IMG/VR virus record: IMGVR_UViG_2576861193_000002
DNA from: a virus
Taxonomy: Duplodnaviria > Heunggongvirae > Uroviricota > Caudoviricetes
Reading direction: 5' to 3' (one strand)
DNA length: 64,000 nt
The position numbers and the translations under genes are program-made. The first letter of the stretch is position 1. Every line of letters starts with the position of its first letter. Positions 32,109 to 42,345 of the stretch are shown here, one piece after another. The notes beneath the pieces are model-generated. The model was not told where the DNA came from. It was given only the letters and a program-made list of their open reading frames with translations, and searched no databases.

Positions 32109-32482
32109 TTATTTTGTAGTCTAGCCTTCTGGCCCTGTTACGCAACATCTCATCACCCCATTACCCTGAAATGATTAATAAAATTCTGTCTAAATTGAAT
32201 ACAAAAAGCAAAATGCTTTTCCGTATACAAACCGTGTGAAGTGTTAAATAGCGTCTATCATTATCAGAATTATCTGATCATATGACGTGGCTTTTTTGCG
32301 ATCGGATAGCAACAAAAATTGATAAAAATAACGGGATCTCAATGATTACGCACAACTTCAATACCCTGGACTTACTCACCAGTCCTGTCTGGAATGGTTA
32401 GCACTATTAATAATAATTTATAAAACAGTATGTTATAGTGCTTTTGTTTTTGGTTTTGGATATTTGGTCACTATTTGGTACA

Positions 32483-32510
32483 CAAAAAGAAACGAGGCGT
32501 TAGCCTCGTT
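32483..32510 (-). terminator. intrinsic terminator after tail fibre gene
   Basis: Hairpin aacgaggc-gtta-gcctcgtt followed by U-run on minus strand. Confidence 0.55.
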
Positions 32511-32541
32511 TCGCGCGGCGATGTTCTTCGCACATCACCTC

Positions 32542-34731
32542 TTATTCTTCGCTTCCGGTCAACTGCCGGACAAGCTCTTCAAGTTTTGTGATCCGTTCAT
32601 CCATGACGGCAATGTTAGCTCGTAGGCTGGCATTCTCCCCTTCCAGTTCGGTGACGCGGTTATCTGTTTCGTGTGCCACCTGGACAAGTAAGCCAGTCAC
32701 TGCGGCATAATCAACATTGAGGTAACGCGATTCTTCGCGTAGCTCGTTGCCATCAATGGTCGGCCCCTGCAACTCTTTGCCGTAATGAGTAAACGATCCA
32801 ACAGCCTCCGGTAGCGCCTCCATAACCTCCTGAGCGATAACACCAGCGTAAGGCAGGCCGTTTTCCTTAAGGGTATAAGTGTACCCGTTCATTTTGCGGA
32901 TGGCTTCAGTTGCGTTATTTATAACCTGAATGTTGTCTTTAAGGTCGCGATCAGATGATTGATTTACTGATAAGCAAGTAACGCTTCCAGACGCTTTAAT
33001 ATTTGTCACATCAAGTCTGTCGTTTGCAAAATTATATGAGATTGCTGTGCTTGTGCTTCCGGCATCATCATAATTGCTTTTATGAATAAACCAGTTTCCG
33101 CCATTAGCAATAAGGGTATAAGCTGGCGTGTTAGCCGGGCGATCTGTTTCATCAAATCTTATTGCAGGGTTAGCACTATTTATTTGCAAAGGTTTTTCAA
33201 GCGTTGATTTCAGTATCGCACTATCTACAATTAAATTACCTTCTGAGTTAAGGTTTAGATATTTTGAATCACCAGTTGAACCATTGTATACAAACCTTAT
33301 TGTTAATTGACTTTTCCCTTCTGATAAAGTCTGAGCATACATATAAGCTGCAAGACGCAAATCGTCGTTAGTTGACAATAGTCTTGTGCGGAGGATTCCA
33401 CTAGATGTGCCTACGTCTGTCGAATCACTATATTTATCAAGAAATAGACTATTAAGCTGAGGGCTATTATCCCTGCCCAACCCTAGATTAGTTCTGGCAT
33501 TATCAAGGCTTGTCGCACCAGTGCCGCCTTGAGCAACGGCTAACGGTATCCATTTTTTTTGCGTATCGCTGTAACAACCCCACGATGAGGCAGATAAACC
33601 AAGTCGCATAGAGTTGTCAGCGTTATATATCCATGTTTCGCTGCCCCACTCACTAACCCTTTCGGTTGATACCATTTTTTTCCATGCGCTCCAACCTTGC
33701 CCGCCATACGACCTTCTGTAACTAATTTTCATATCGTTAAACAAATAATAGGTCTGCATGCACCCTTCTGAATCACCTGCGCCAGTTTTTTGCACTAACA
33801 ATGAACCAGCAATCTGTATGGGGTAATTTAATTCAGGTTTTGCGTTTGCTGATAATACTTGATGATAAAATCCTGCTGCGCTTCCTTTTAAGTCATCAAG
33901 ATTCTGTCTATCGCTAAGGGTAGTTTTTGCATCATGCATAACCATTAGGTTTTTTCTGGCTTCTGCTGCGTTTCCAGCACCAGTACCGCCATACATAACG
34001 CCTAACTTAAGTGCCCCGGCGGTTGAATAAGCACCCCACCCAGCGTTATTAACGAAGATGTAATTTTTATTTTCTCCGTCCCGCAACTGAGTTTCTTTTG
34101 AGGAACCACCATTTTGAAGCAAGCGATTTACTTCATCCTTGCGTGCGTGGCGTGTCCAGTTCTGGCCTGATGCTGCGACCCATGTATAAGTATAAAGTGA
34201 TCGCGTAGACCAACCGACAAAGACGCCAGCATATGAAGGCGACGCATCCCGCTGACAGATAAATCCACTCAAAAATGATTCGCCAGCCGCTACGGAAGGA
34301 AAGCCCTTAGTCGTTTCCTTTATGCGCAAAAAGCCAACGTAAGAAGACGGATCGCCTGATATATCGACGCAATCTCGCGGCTCTGGACCCAAGCCAATAT
34401 TGCTGCCATCTATTGCGCTTGATATTTCATCTTCCTTTTCCTGATAAAAACGAAGTGTTTCAGCTACATCCTGGGCAAGCCCATCAACTGAGATCGAATC
34501 AGAAAGCAGAATACTAAATTTTGTTCCGGCAGGGATGGCGGGGTTAGCCGCTGGCGTTACTGACAGTTCAGTACCGCTTTTAATTTCTGTGATGGTAAAG
34601 ATCTGCACCGGATTGCCGATTGCAATGAGCGTGCAACCTACACGAATGAGAGAAAGCGGCGCGGAAAAGTTTGTTCCCGTGCCTGTAACAGTATTGCCAT
34701 TAATGGCAATTGTTCCAGTTGTGTAAATCAT
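32542..34731 (-). CDS. tail fibre/tailspike with C-terminal intramolecular chaperone (peptidase S74-like) domain
   Basis: 729 aa; C-terminus …DLKDNIQVINNATEAIRKMNGYTYT… with coiled-coil tail, typical of autoproteolytic fibre chaperone domains. Confidence 0.75.
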   Translation of the reverse strand: MIYTTGTIAINGNTVTGTGTNFSAPLSLIRVGCTLIAIGNPVQIFTITEIKSGTELSVTPAANPAIPAGTKFSILLSDSISVDGLAQDVAETLRFYQEKEDEISSAIDGSNIGLGPEPRDCVDISGDPSSYVGFLRIKETTKGFPSVAAGESFLSGFICQRDASPSYAGVFVGWSTRSLYTYTWVAASGQNWTRHARKDEVNRLLQNGGSSKETQLRDGENKNYIFVNNAGWGAYSTAGALKLGVMYGGTGAGNAAEARKNLMVMHDAKTTLSDRQNLDDLKGSAAGFYHQVLSANAKPELNYPIQIAGSLLVQKTGAGDSEGCMQTYYLFNDMKISYRRSYGGQGWSAWKKMVSTERVSEWGSETWIYNADNSMRLGLSASSWGCYSDTQKKWIPLAVAQGGTGATSLDNARTNLGLGRDNSPQLNSLFLDKYSDSTDVGTSSGILRTRLLSTNDDLRLAAYMYAQTLSEGKSQLTIRFVYNGSTGDSKYLNLNSEGNLIVDSAILKSTLEKPLQINSANPAIRFDETDRPANTPAYTLIANGGNWFIHKSNYDDAGSTSTAISYNFANDRLDVTNIKASGSVTCLSVNQSSDRDLKDNIQVINNATEAIRKMNGYTYTLKENGLPYAGVIAQEVMEALPEAVGSFTHYGKELQGPTIDGNELREESRYLNVDYAAVTGLLVQVAHETDNRVTELEGENASLRANIAVMDERITKLEELVRQLTGSEE

Positions 34732-34865
34732 CGCAATGACTCCATTTTGTTAATTAACGGAATAATTCTACCATTTTGTGATCTGTGTTGCATTTTATGC
34801 TTATACAAAATGTATATTATAATAAACAAAGCAACAAATACACACAATCTGAGTGGGGTGTACTA

Positions 34866-35084
34866 ATGAAAATGGTAACAATTATCGCTGTTGCGGCTAT
34901 TCTGGTTGGTTGCGCTGACACTAATCGACACAACGGTCATTGTGCAACTAGCGCATACGGTGTCTGCTATGAAAGATGGGTTGATGGTGTAATGGTTCCT
35001 GCCGGGGAAATTTGTCGGGTGTATGATGGCACTGATGGCCATAGTGGCAAGACTAGAGATTGCGGAAGTAAGGAGTGGTATTAA
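34866..35084 (+). CDS. Cys-rich small lipoprotein (candidate receptor-masking / superinfection exclusion)
   Basis: 72 aa; signal peptide + lipobox LVGC; 6 Cys; counter-oriented between tail fibre and J. Confidence 0.55.
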   Translation: MKMVTIIAVAAILVGCADTNRHNGHCATSAYGVCYERWVDGVMVPAGEICRVYDGTDGHSGKTRDCGSKEWY

Positions 35085-36019
35085 TGGGTGCAGGTATATA
35101 TATTGGGCTGAATGACGGACGCCCTGCAATGGAAATAACAAGCGGGTTGCGTGCGTTCTCACACGCTGGAGATTTCAATATTCAAAAGGCCGGGTTTTTG
35201 CAAAGTTTTTCCATAAAGGATTTAACTGGCGGAGATAAGTTTTTAATCCCAAAGGCAGGCGCTTACGCGTTTGAGCTTGACCGGGGCGTTGAAACATATT
35301 TTATATCAGGCTTTAGTGCTTCTGGTGGCACGGCAAGGATTTCAATTAGTGGTGAGAACGCATATTCTGATAGGATCACTAATTTTAGCGGTAGCGTGTT
35401 TGAGATAGCAAAGGCGTCTACTGGTGAGGGTATATTAGTTGCAGATAGCACAGGTTTTGCATCGATAACGACTAACGATACATTGATGTCATGTTTATGG
35501 GTTGGAAGTGTTAGCTTTACTGGGTCTTACACTATGCCAGTTGCTGGCGTTCCTTTCGGTAACTGGAGCAATAGCGGAGTTTCAGTTGAGTTTGACGGAA
35601 ACAATAAATTGATCTGTACAAACACAAACACCTCTTCCACTGGTGACACATATGGATCTGTGGCGATGAATTTGGCTATTTTTAGCAAATCACCGCCATC
35701 ACCTGGCGACGGAATAACCATCATCAATAAAAATAATCAATGCGTGTTTTCAACAAAACAAAGGCCATTGGTTGTTAAGGGATTTATAACGTTATCTAAT
35801 AGTTATCAGAATATTGGTGACGCATTCTTCCCAATATTGAGATGCGGCTTTAATACCAGAGCCATTAAAGCATACAAGGAGCTAAGATACAAAGGCATTA
35901 TGATGTACAATGGGCAGGTGAAAAGCGGAACAGGATCAAGGATTGTCAGGTATGAAATAGGTAACAGGCCGGATTTCTGTATAGGTATGAAGCTACCTTA
36001 TTTGCCAGCAATTTATTAA
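35084..36019 (+). CDS. hypothetical Ser/Thr/Gly-rich protein
   Basis: ~311 aa; ATG overlaps lipoprotein stop, SD aaggag; no recognisable family. Confidence 0.5.
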   Translation: MGAGIYIGLNDGRPAMEITSGLRAFSHAGDFNIQKAGFLQSFSIKDLTGGDKFLIPKAGAYAFELDRGVETYFISGFSASGGTARISISGENAYSDRITNFSGSVFEIAKASTGEGILVADSTGFASITTNDTLMSCLWVGSVSFTGSYTMPVAGVPFGNWSNSGVSVEFDGNNKLICTNTNTSSTGDTYGSVAMNLAIFSKSPPSPGDGITIINKNNQCVFSTKQRPLVVKGFITLSNSYQNIGDAFFPILRCGFNTRAIKAYKELRYKGIMMYNGQVKSGTGSRIVRYEIGNRPDFCIGMKLPYLPAIY

Positions 36020-36059
36020 TAAAATTAGTTGCCCCAACCATTTGGCGGGGCAACAGTTA

Positions 36060-39000
36060 TTACCAAACACCAATAATAATTTTACCACCACTAGGAAGAT
36101 TTACCGTAATGCCGTTATTGTTAATAATTACCCGTCCGTCACTATTGCGTACATCGAAATTTTGATTGCCTTTAACAATGACGTTACCCCTTACGGTGAC
36201 TTCGTTGAATTGCGCCCATCCATCTTTGTTAATCATCCAACCTTTTGAGTCTTGAACAAATACGGTTGACTGGATTTGCTGCGCTATTTTTGCAGTACCG
36301 ATAGATCCGTCTTTAATAAACGCTTCTTTAACATACATTGCATCATTGGTGGTATAGAAAGGTGATGTGTATGTGCCGTTTGCTGCGGTCATCAACACGA
36401 AGCGGTCAACGAGGAAAATACACTGCGATTGAACGTTAGTGCCGCTACCAGTCAGCCCAAGAGACATACCTGTTGCATACTTCATGCCGTTGTTGTCGGT
36501 TGCCAGCTTGATAGAGTACGTCGCATCAACATTACCTTTGAAGTCGGTTAACGCTTTCGACGTCGTCTGTATCGCTGTTGTGTTCCCGTTAACGGTCACT
36601 GTTAGCTGATCGATTTTGCTTGATAATGCCTCGTCAGCCGTCGCCATTGCCTGCGACCATTCTGTAATATTTGAGTTTACAGAATCGAAAGACGCTGAGA
36701 TCTGGCCAAATTTTTCCGCGCTTGATGCTTCATGCGTAGAAAGTGCCGTTGACACCTCTGATACCTTCGAATTAATCGTACTGGTAAGCGATGAGTTAAG
36801 ACTACTGATTGCGTCAGTACGGGCCTTCGTTTCGTCTGCAATAGCCTTATCAATACGGGTTACGTTACTTGTCACCTTACTATCAAGCGTGGAAATTGAT
36901 GCGTTCACTCCGCTGATAGCCTGGGCGCGGGCGCTTGATTCGTCGGCAATAGCCTGATCCAGCCTGCTAACTTCAGATTCAGTGTTGTTTTCAAGCGTGC
37001 TAATACTTGCATTCACTCCACTGATAGCTTCAGTTCTTGCGCTTGTCTCATCTGCAATGGCTTTATCAAGACGGCTTATTCTTGAATCCGTTTTCTTGTC
37101 TAGCGCTGACACTGAGGCATTTACTCCGCTGATAGCCTCGCTGCGTGCGCTGGTTTCGTCTGCAATTGCCCTATCAAGGCGGTTGACGCTTGCTTCCGTC
37201 TTCCTATCAAGATCGGTGATCGATGCGTTTACGGAGCTAATGGCTTCCGCTGTGGCTTTTTTCTCCTCTGCTATAACATTGTCAATACGGTCAATTTGCG
37301 CGTTGGTTTCTTTGCGGCCTTTCTTGTATTGGGCCGTGAGAGTAACCCGCGTGTTGGTTTGAGCAATAGAGTTGTTGATAAGTGCGATTGAGGCGTTTTG
37401 CAGACTTGCTTTAGTCTGATTTATTTCGTCGCTGTTTTTGTCAACGTTATTTTCAACAGTGCCAAGCTCCGCGCTGATGCCCGATATTGCCTGTGCACGG
37501 GCGCTTGATTCATCTGCAATTGCCTGATCAAGACGTTTAACGCTGGCGTTTGTGCTATTTTCAAGCGTTGTTAAATCAGCTTTAACCTCTGTTATTGCGG
37601 CGCTTCTTGCCTGCGTTTCATCTGATATTGCTTTATCAAGACGGGAAACGCTCGCGTCAGTTTTGCTTTCAAGATTGCTTATTGAGGCGTTAACGTCGCT
37701 AATGGCCTGGGTGCGGGCACTGGTTTCATCTGCAACCGCTTGATCCAGTCTGCTTACTTCTGATTCTGTATTGTTTTCAAGTGTGCTAATACTTGCATTC
37801 ACGCTACTGATAGCGTCTGTGCGTGCTTTTGTTTCGTCTGCTATCGCTTTATCAATGCGGTTAATGTTGCTTGTAACTTTGCCGTCAAGCGTGGAAATTG
37901 AGGTATTCACGCCGCTGATGGCTTCAGTTCTTGCACTGGTTTCATCTGCAATTGCCTGATCCAAGCGTTTTACGCTGGCGTCAGTTTTCTTGTCTAGCGT
38001 TGAAATACTTGCATTTACGTCGCTGATGGCTTGAGTCCGCGCGCTAGTCTCGTCAGCGATTGCTTGATCAAGGCGGTTAACGCTTGCGTCAGTTTTCTTA
38101 TCAAGATTGCTTATTGAAGCGTTTACACCGTTAATAGCTTCAGCGCGGGCGCTGGCCTCGTCAGCTACTGCGCGCTGCACGTTAGAAATCTGACCTTTAA
38201 GGTTGGAGTCCATCGTATTCATTTCTGCTGTGATGGTTTCCAGTGATTCCGCTGTCGCTTTTTTCTCTTCAGCGATAACGTTGTCAATGCGGTCGATTTC
38301 CGCTTTAGTCTCTGTCCTGCCTTTCTTGTACTGAGCGGTAAGAGTTACGCGCGTGTTTGTCTGTGCAAGTGAGTTATTAATAAGAGCAAGTGACGCGTTT
38401 TGCAGGCTTGCTTTTGCTTGCGCCAGTTCGCTGCCAACTTTTTCGCTGGACACTTCTAATGAGTCAATTCTTGCCTCATGCTGTCCAATATCATCGGCGT
38501 TTTCCTCAACCTTTTTATAAAGATCTTCCGTTTCTTTTTTCAGTGTGTCCGTATCAGCTTTTATGGCCCCTGTTTCTGTGATTAGGCCGTCCGTATCAAT
38601 CCTCAAATCGTCAGTGATGTTTGTCAGGTTGTCCGTGTCAACCCTCAAATCGTCAGTGATGTTTGTCAGGTTATCAGTTGCAGTTTTGAGGTTGTCGGTA
38701 GCAGTTTTAAGGTCATTTGTAGCGCTTTCGATAAGATCAGCGCGGTCGCCAAGATCTTTAATGTCGCTAATCATCCCCTTAAACTGTTCTGAATTAATTA
38801 CGTCTTTTGTGACGTAGTCGCTAATTTCATCGAAGTTTTCAGTTGGTTTGCCTGATGCCTCAACGAAATCTGACACGCCAAAAGCGTTACGTGTACGAAT
38901 ATAAACGTAATAGGTGTGCCCCGTGTTCATGCCGCCAAAAGTCCACTGATAGCCGCGCCCGGTAAACTGCGCTGATGTGGTTACTTTTGATGGATCTGTG

Positions 39001-41243
39001 ATCTGGTTTTCACCTGCGAAGTAAAATTCGTATGCTGTATCAGTGGTCAGGGTTGTTTTGCTAATCGGATACACTGTTGCCTGGAAAACACCAGGAACCC
39101 AATTAACGCCGACCGGGGCCGCTGGTGCACCAATAACCAGGTCCACAATACTTTCCGCACCCTTCATGCCAGTGTCATTACGCCCGCGAATACCAAGCGT
39201 GTAGCTGCCAGTATCAAGGCCATAAAACTCATAGCGGTAATTCGTTGTTTCATAAGTTGCCACCACGCGGCCTTCGGCGTTATATACGCGTATTTCAAAG
39301 GTCAGGCGATGCGTTGTCGTCTGTGTTTCCCATGTAGCGCGACATTGAACAGTTTCAGAACCAACATTTAACACCTTCAGGTTTTCAATGTTCGGCACGC
39401 GGAAGTGATTAAGCGTGTCGTTGTTTACCTCAAAGATTGCGCCTTCATCGACTACAGCCTGTTTATGTGGGTCATGCTGTGCTGCCTCGATGGTGTACAC
39501 GCTGTTGTTTTCAGTTTCTGCTACGCTGATGATTCGGCACAGGACGGGTTTTGCTGCGTCAGTTGATACAGCAAAAACAGTTCCGTTACGAATCCACGCG
39601 GGGGCGGCTGCAAGGGTGATATTGTTTCCGTTAACTCCGGTGATCTGGTGTTTTTTAAACTTGCCATCACTATCAAGTAAACTAATGGTATCGCCTGCGG
39701 CGATGTATTCCGAATCAACCTTATCTACCGTTATCACCTTGCCATTATTCGCCACGATACGACCGCCAAAACGAGCGCCTGCGCGGTTATTGTCGAGTAT
39801 CTCGATAATATCCCCAGGGGTGAAGTGAATTGCGTCGCGGGCCATTTTAAACGTGAATTTTGATGGTTCGCGTTTTGCTGTTTCTATCAGCCACTTGCCA
39901 GCGCGGTATGCCTGCCCGCGTGAAGTGCAACCGAAAGCCTCTAGCGTGGTTTCGTTATAACCATCGCGGGCGATCAATTCATCATCTGCCACGTATTCTT
40001 TTGATTGCTCCCAACCGTTTTCCGGGTCAGTCCATGACACGATAACTGCGTTGTAAGATTCTGCACGGGCAATACTTGAACGAGTAAACGCGCCATCAAC
40101 AACGTTAGCATTCGTGATGGTAGCAATTGGATCTTGCGGTGCATCAATCATCACCGTAAGGCGCTGCCCATCCCATAACGCGATACCACGGAACATGCCT
40201 GCGATATTGTCCAGTAAGTCGCGGGCGCTCATTTGCTCAGTTATGTAAGCATTAAGCGTCATGCGAGGTTCAAAGCCGCCGTAACCGTCGTTTACCAACT
40301 GGTCGCAGTATTGAGAAAGCGTATATAATGCGCCGTCGTCAACATCAATGTAACCAGCATGACGTGCAAGCCCGAAACGTTCATTTTTAACCAGATACCG
40401 GAATAGCCACGCAGGGTTATTGGTGTACGCTTTTTTAAATCCACCTAGCCATAAACCTGAATACGTGCGCGTTTCAGGGTTATAGTTGTCAGGCACATCA
40501 ACAATCAGTCCGCGCAGATGATAGGTGCGGGTAGGTGTATCAGTATACTGGTCATGGTCAATTACAGCACCAGCTACAGCGGTATGAGGGTAAGACAGGT
40601 TATCGTCGATTATTTCGCTGTAGCTACTCCACCGCGTATCATTACGAAGAAGATCGCTTTTGCTGTCTGCTGTTACGCGACGAACGCGAATATCAAACGG
40701 CTTTTCATCCGGCGCTTTGATAATGTGAGCTTCCAGATATTCACCGCTTTGTTTACCGGGACCAATGTGTATACCTTTAACCGGCGACCACGTAGAAGAT
40801 GATGACGGTTTAACATCAACCACCAACATAACGGATGTATTATATTGATTGCCCTCATCATCTGACTGAACAAGAGCATCAACGCCAAGATTTAACCTTA
40901 CGCGGGTAACGTTTGGATCTGAAACAGTCCTTATTATTGGCGTGTCGTGAGTTACCTTTGCGTTGACAATAACGGTTGATTCGATGGCATTAAAACCATT
41001 AATCGGCGATTGGTCAGCCGTGCCGTTGCGCCAGGCTATACTAATCCCAGGAATTGATGTGTTTCCGTTTGCGTCAGTGATAGGCGTGTCATTAAGCATT
41101 ACGTTGTTTAATGGCGCATTCTGGTTAACTACTCCAAAAATTGGTCCTTCACTTAGAATATCTAAAACCCGATAAAATTGTTTATGAAACAAATTATCAT
41201 TAAGCAAAGTTGGTGTTTTTGCTTTACCGCCGCCACTAGACAT
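36060..41243 (-). CDS. J-like host specificity / central tail fibre protein with long coiled-coil repeat insert
   Basis: 1727 aa; follows L-K-I; middle third is tandem ~35-aa repeats (…DETSARTQAISDVNASISTLDKKTDASVKRLDQAIA…). Confidence 0.85.
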   Translation of the reverse strand: MSSGGGKAKTPTLLNDNLFHKQFYRVLDILSEGPIFGVVNQNAPLNNVMLNDTPITDANGNTSIPGISIAWRNGTADQSPINGFNAIESTVIVNAKVTHDTPIIRTVSDPNVTRVRLNLGVDALVQSDDEGNQYNTSVMLVVDVKPSSSSTWSPVKGIHIGPGKQSGEYLEAHIIKAPDEKPFDIRVRRVTADSKSDLLRNDTRWSSYSEIIDDNLSYPHTAVAGAVIDHDQYTDTPTRTYHLRGLIVDVPDNYNPETRTYSGLWLGGFKKAYTNNPAWLFRYLVKNERFGLARHAGYIDVDDGALYTLSQYCDQLVNDGYGGFEPRMTLNAYITEQMSARDLLDNIAGMFRGIALWDGQRLTVMIDAPQDPIATITNANVVDGAFTRSSIARAESYNAVIVSWTDPENGWEQSKEYVADDELIARDGYNETTLEAFGCTSRGQAYRAGKWLIETAKREPSKFTFKMARDAIHFTPGDIIEILDNNRAGARFGGRIVANNGKVITVDKVDSEYIAAGDTISLLDSDGKFKKHQITGVNGNNITLAAAPAWIRNGTVFAVSTDAAKPVLCRIISVAETENNSVYTIEAAQHDPHKQAVVDEGAIFEVNNDTLNHFRVPNIENLKVLNVGSETVQCRATWETQTTTHRLTFEIRVYNAEGRVVATYETTNYRYEFYGLDTGSYTLGIRGRNDTGMKGAESIVDLVIGAPAAPVGVNWVPGVFQATVYPISKTTLTTDTAYEFYFAGENQITDPSKVTTSAQFTGRGYQWTFGGMNTGHTYYVYIRTRNAFGVSDFVEASGKPTENFDEISDYVTKDVINSEQFKGMISDIKDLGDRADLIESATNDLKTATDNLKTATDNLTNITDDLRVDTDNLTNITDDLRIDTDGLITETGAIKADTDTLKKETEDLYKKVEENADDIGQHEARIDSLEVSSEKVGSELAQAKASLQNASLALINNSLAQTNTRVTLTAQYKKGRTETKAEIDRIDNVIAEEKKATAESLETITAEMNTMDSNLKGQISNVQRAVADEASARAEAINGVNASISNLDKKTDASVNRLDQAIADETSARTQAISDVNASISTLDKKTDASVKRLDQAIADETSARTEAISGVNTSISTLDGKVTSNINRIDKAIADETKARTDAISSVNASISTLENNTESEVSRLDQAVADETSARTQAISDVNASISNLESKTDASVSRLDKAISDETQARSAAITEVKADLTTLENSTNASVKRLDQAIADESSARAQAISGISAELGTVENNVDKNSDEINQTKASLQNASIALINNSIAQTNTRVTLTAQYKKGRKETNAQIDRIDNVIAEEKKATAEAISSVNASITDLDRKTEASVNRLDRAIADETSARSEAISGVNASVSALDKKTDSRISRLDKAIADETSARTEAISGVNASISTLENNTESEVSRLDQAIADESSARAQAISGVNASISTLDSKVTSNVTRIDKAIADETKARTDAISSLNSSLTSTINSKVSEVSTALSTHEASSAEKFGQISASFDSVNSNITEWSQAMATADEALSSKIDQLTVTVNGNTTAIQTTSKALTDFKGNVDATYSIKLATDNNGMKYATGMSLGLTGSGTNVQSQCIFLVDRFVLMTAANGTYTSPFYTTNDAMYVKEAFIKDGSIGTAKIAQQIQSTVFVQDSKGWMINKDGWAQFNEVTVRGNVIVKGNQNFDVRNSDGRVIINNNGITVNLPSGGKIIIGVW

Positions 41244-41802
41244 ATAGACCCCCTGTTTCGTGTAATTTCGTGTATCCTGCGCCAGCTTTATTTAGCTCTT
41301 CAATCATGAATGACCGCCACGCGACGGCGGCATTAATAGCCATTTCAAGTCCACCGCACGCTATAACGCTAAATGATTTACTAACTCTTTTGTCGTTATC
41401 AGCGGTGATACGTGCTCTAATAGATCTCCCTTCTGCGTGCCAACATATCCCAAATGGCAATCCGCTCTCCCTTGTCGCGCGACCTATGGTCATATTTCTG
41501 GCGTTACCTTTTTTATCTGTTACGCGTATGTTATTGAATTTATTATTAAGCCCATTACCATCAATGTGATCGATGATCTCACTGCGTTTTAATTTTCTGC
41601 CACTGCATAATTCGTAAACAATCCGGTGAGCATAATAGCGACGGCCCTTCCATGTGATTTTCCAGTACTTATTGCCGCTTTTTGCCGCTACTATTTTTCC
41701 TGCCGCATCGCCAGTCCTCGCCGTTCTGCTGTTAGCGGTGACTTTCCACCTTAAACATGAAGGAGAATCTTCATCATAAACAAACAATTCAGACCAGTTC
41801 AC
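41236..41802 (-). CDS. HNH homing endonuclease (HNH_3-type)
   Basis: 188 aa; motif IDHIDGNGLNNKFNNIR; inserted between tail genes I and J. Confidence 0.75.
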   Translation of the reverse strand: MNWSELFVYDEDSPSCLRWKVTANSRTARTGDAAGKIVAAKSGNKYWKITWKGRRYYAHRIVYELCSGRKLKRSEIIDHIDGNGLNNKFNNIRVTDKKGNARNMTIGRATRESGLPFGICWHAEGRSIRARITADNDKRVSKSFSVIACGGLEMAINAAVAWRSFMIEELNKAGAGYTKLHETGGLYV

Positions 41803-41814
41803 TGTAACCCCCTA

Positions 41815-42345
41815 TTAACTTACAACGTCTAAGGCGTCTCTGTTGTTACTTGTATCTATGCCTAACGATCCGACGTTTGAACCTATTTTCATTTCACCCA
41901 ACAGGATCGGCACTGGCCTACCCTGGCCTACCTTGTTTTCAATGCTGGTGTAGGTGTTGTTAGATATGGTGTTATCTTGTGCGCTTTCTGCTGATGTCTT
42001 TATCTTCATATTGCGAGACATGAAGATCGAGAACGCAACACTAACAACCGAAACACCGATCAAAATCCAGCCTACAACGCCAATTCCTGCAATACCACCT
42101 TCCACCACTGGCGCAACAATGACTGTAGTCCCATCCGGGTATTTACTGTTAACCGCTGCTGGCGCGGTCTTTTCGTCATAATCTTTCCCGGCAATTCGTA
42201 AGCGCAATGGTGTGTTTAAAAACGCCTTCTTGAACTCCTGATTCTGTGCGGTCAATAAGCCAAGTCCCTGCGCTGGCGTATCAACGTTTAAACACACCTT
42301 GCCGTAATATCTTCGAAGATTGCCCGTAAATCTAAATTTGAGCAT
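41815..42345 (-). CDS. tail assembly protein I-like
   Basis: 176 aa; position between K and J; hydrophobic central segment. Confidence 0.7.
   Translation of the reverse strand: MLKFRFTGNLRRYYGKVCLNVDTPAQGLGLLTAQNQEFKKAFLNTPLRLRIAGKDYDEKTAPAAVNSKYPDGTTVIVAPVVEGGIAGIGVVGWILIGVSVVSVAFSIFMSRNMKIKTSAESAQDNTISNNTYTSIENKVGQGRPVPILLGEMKIGSNVGSLGIDTSNNRDALDVVS

Noticed and set aside
36616-38817. Series of plus-strand ORFs of 60-126 aa antisense to the J gene, and the possibility of a CRISPR-like array
   Set aside because: They are reading-frame echoes of the coiled-coil repeat array in J. The repeats are coding with no unique spacers, so this is not a CRISPR array.
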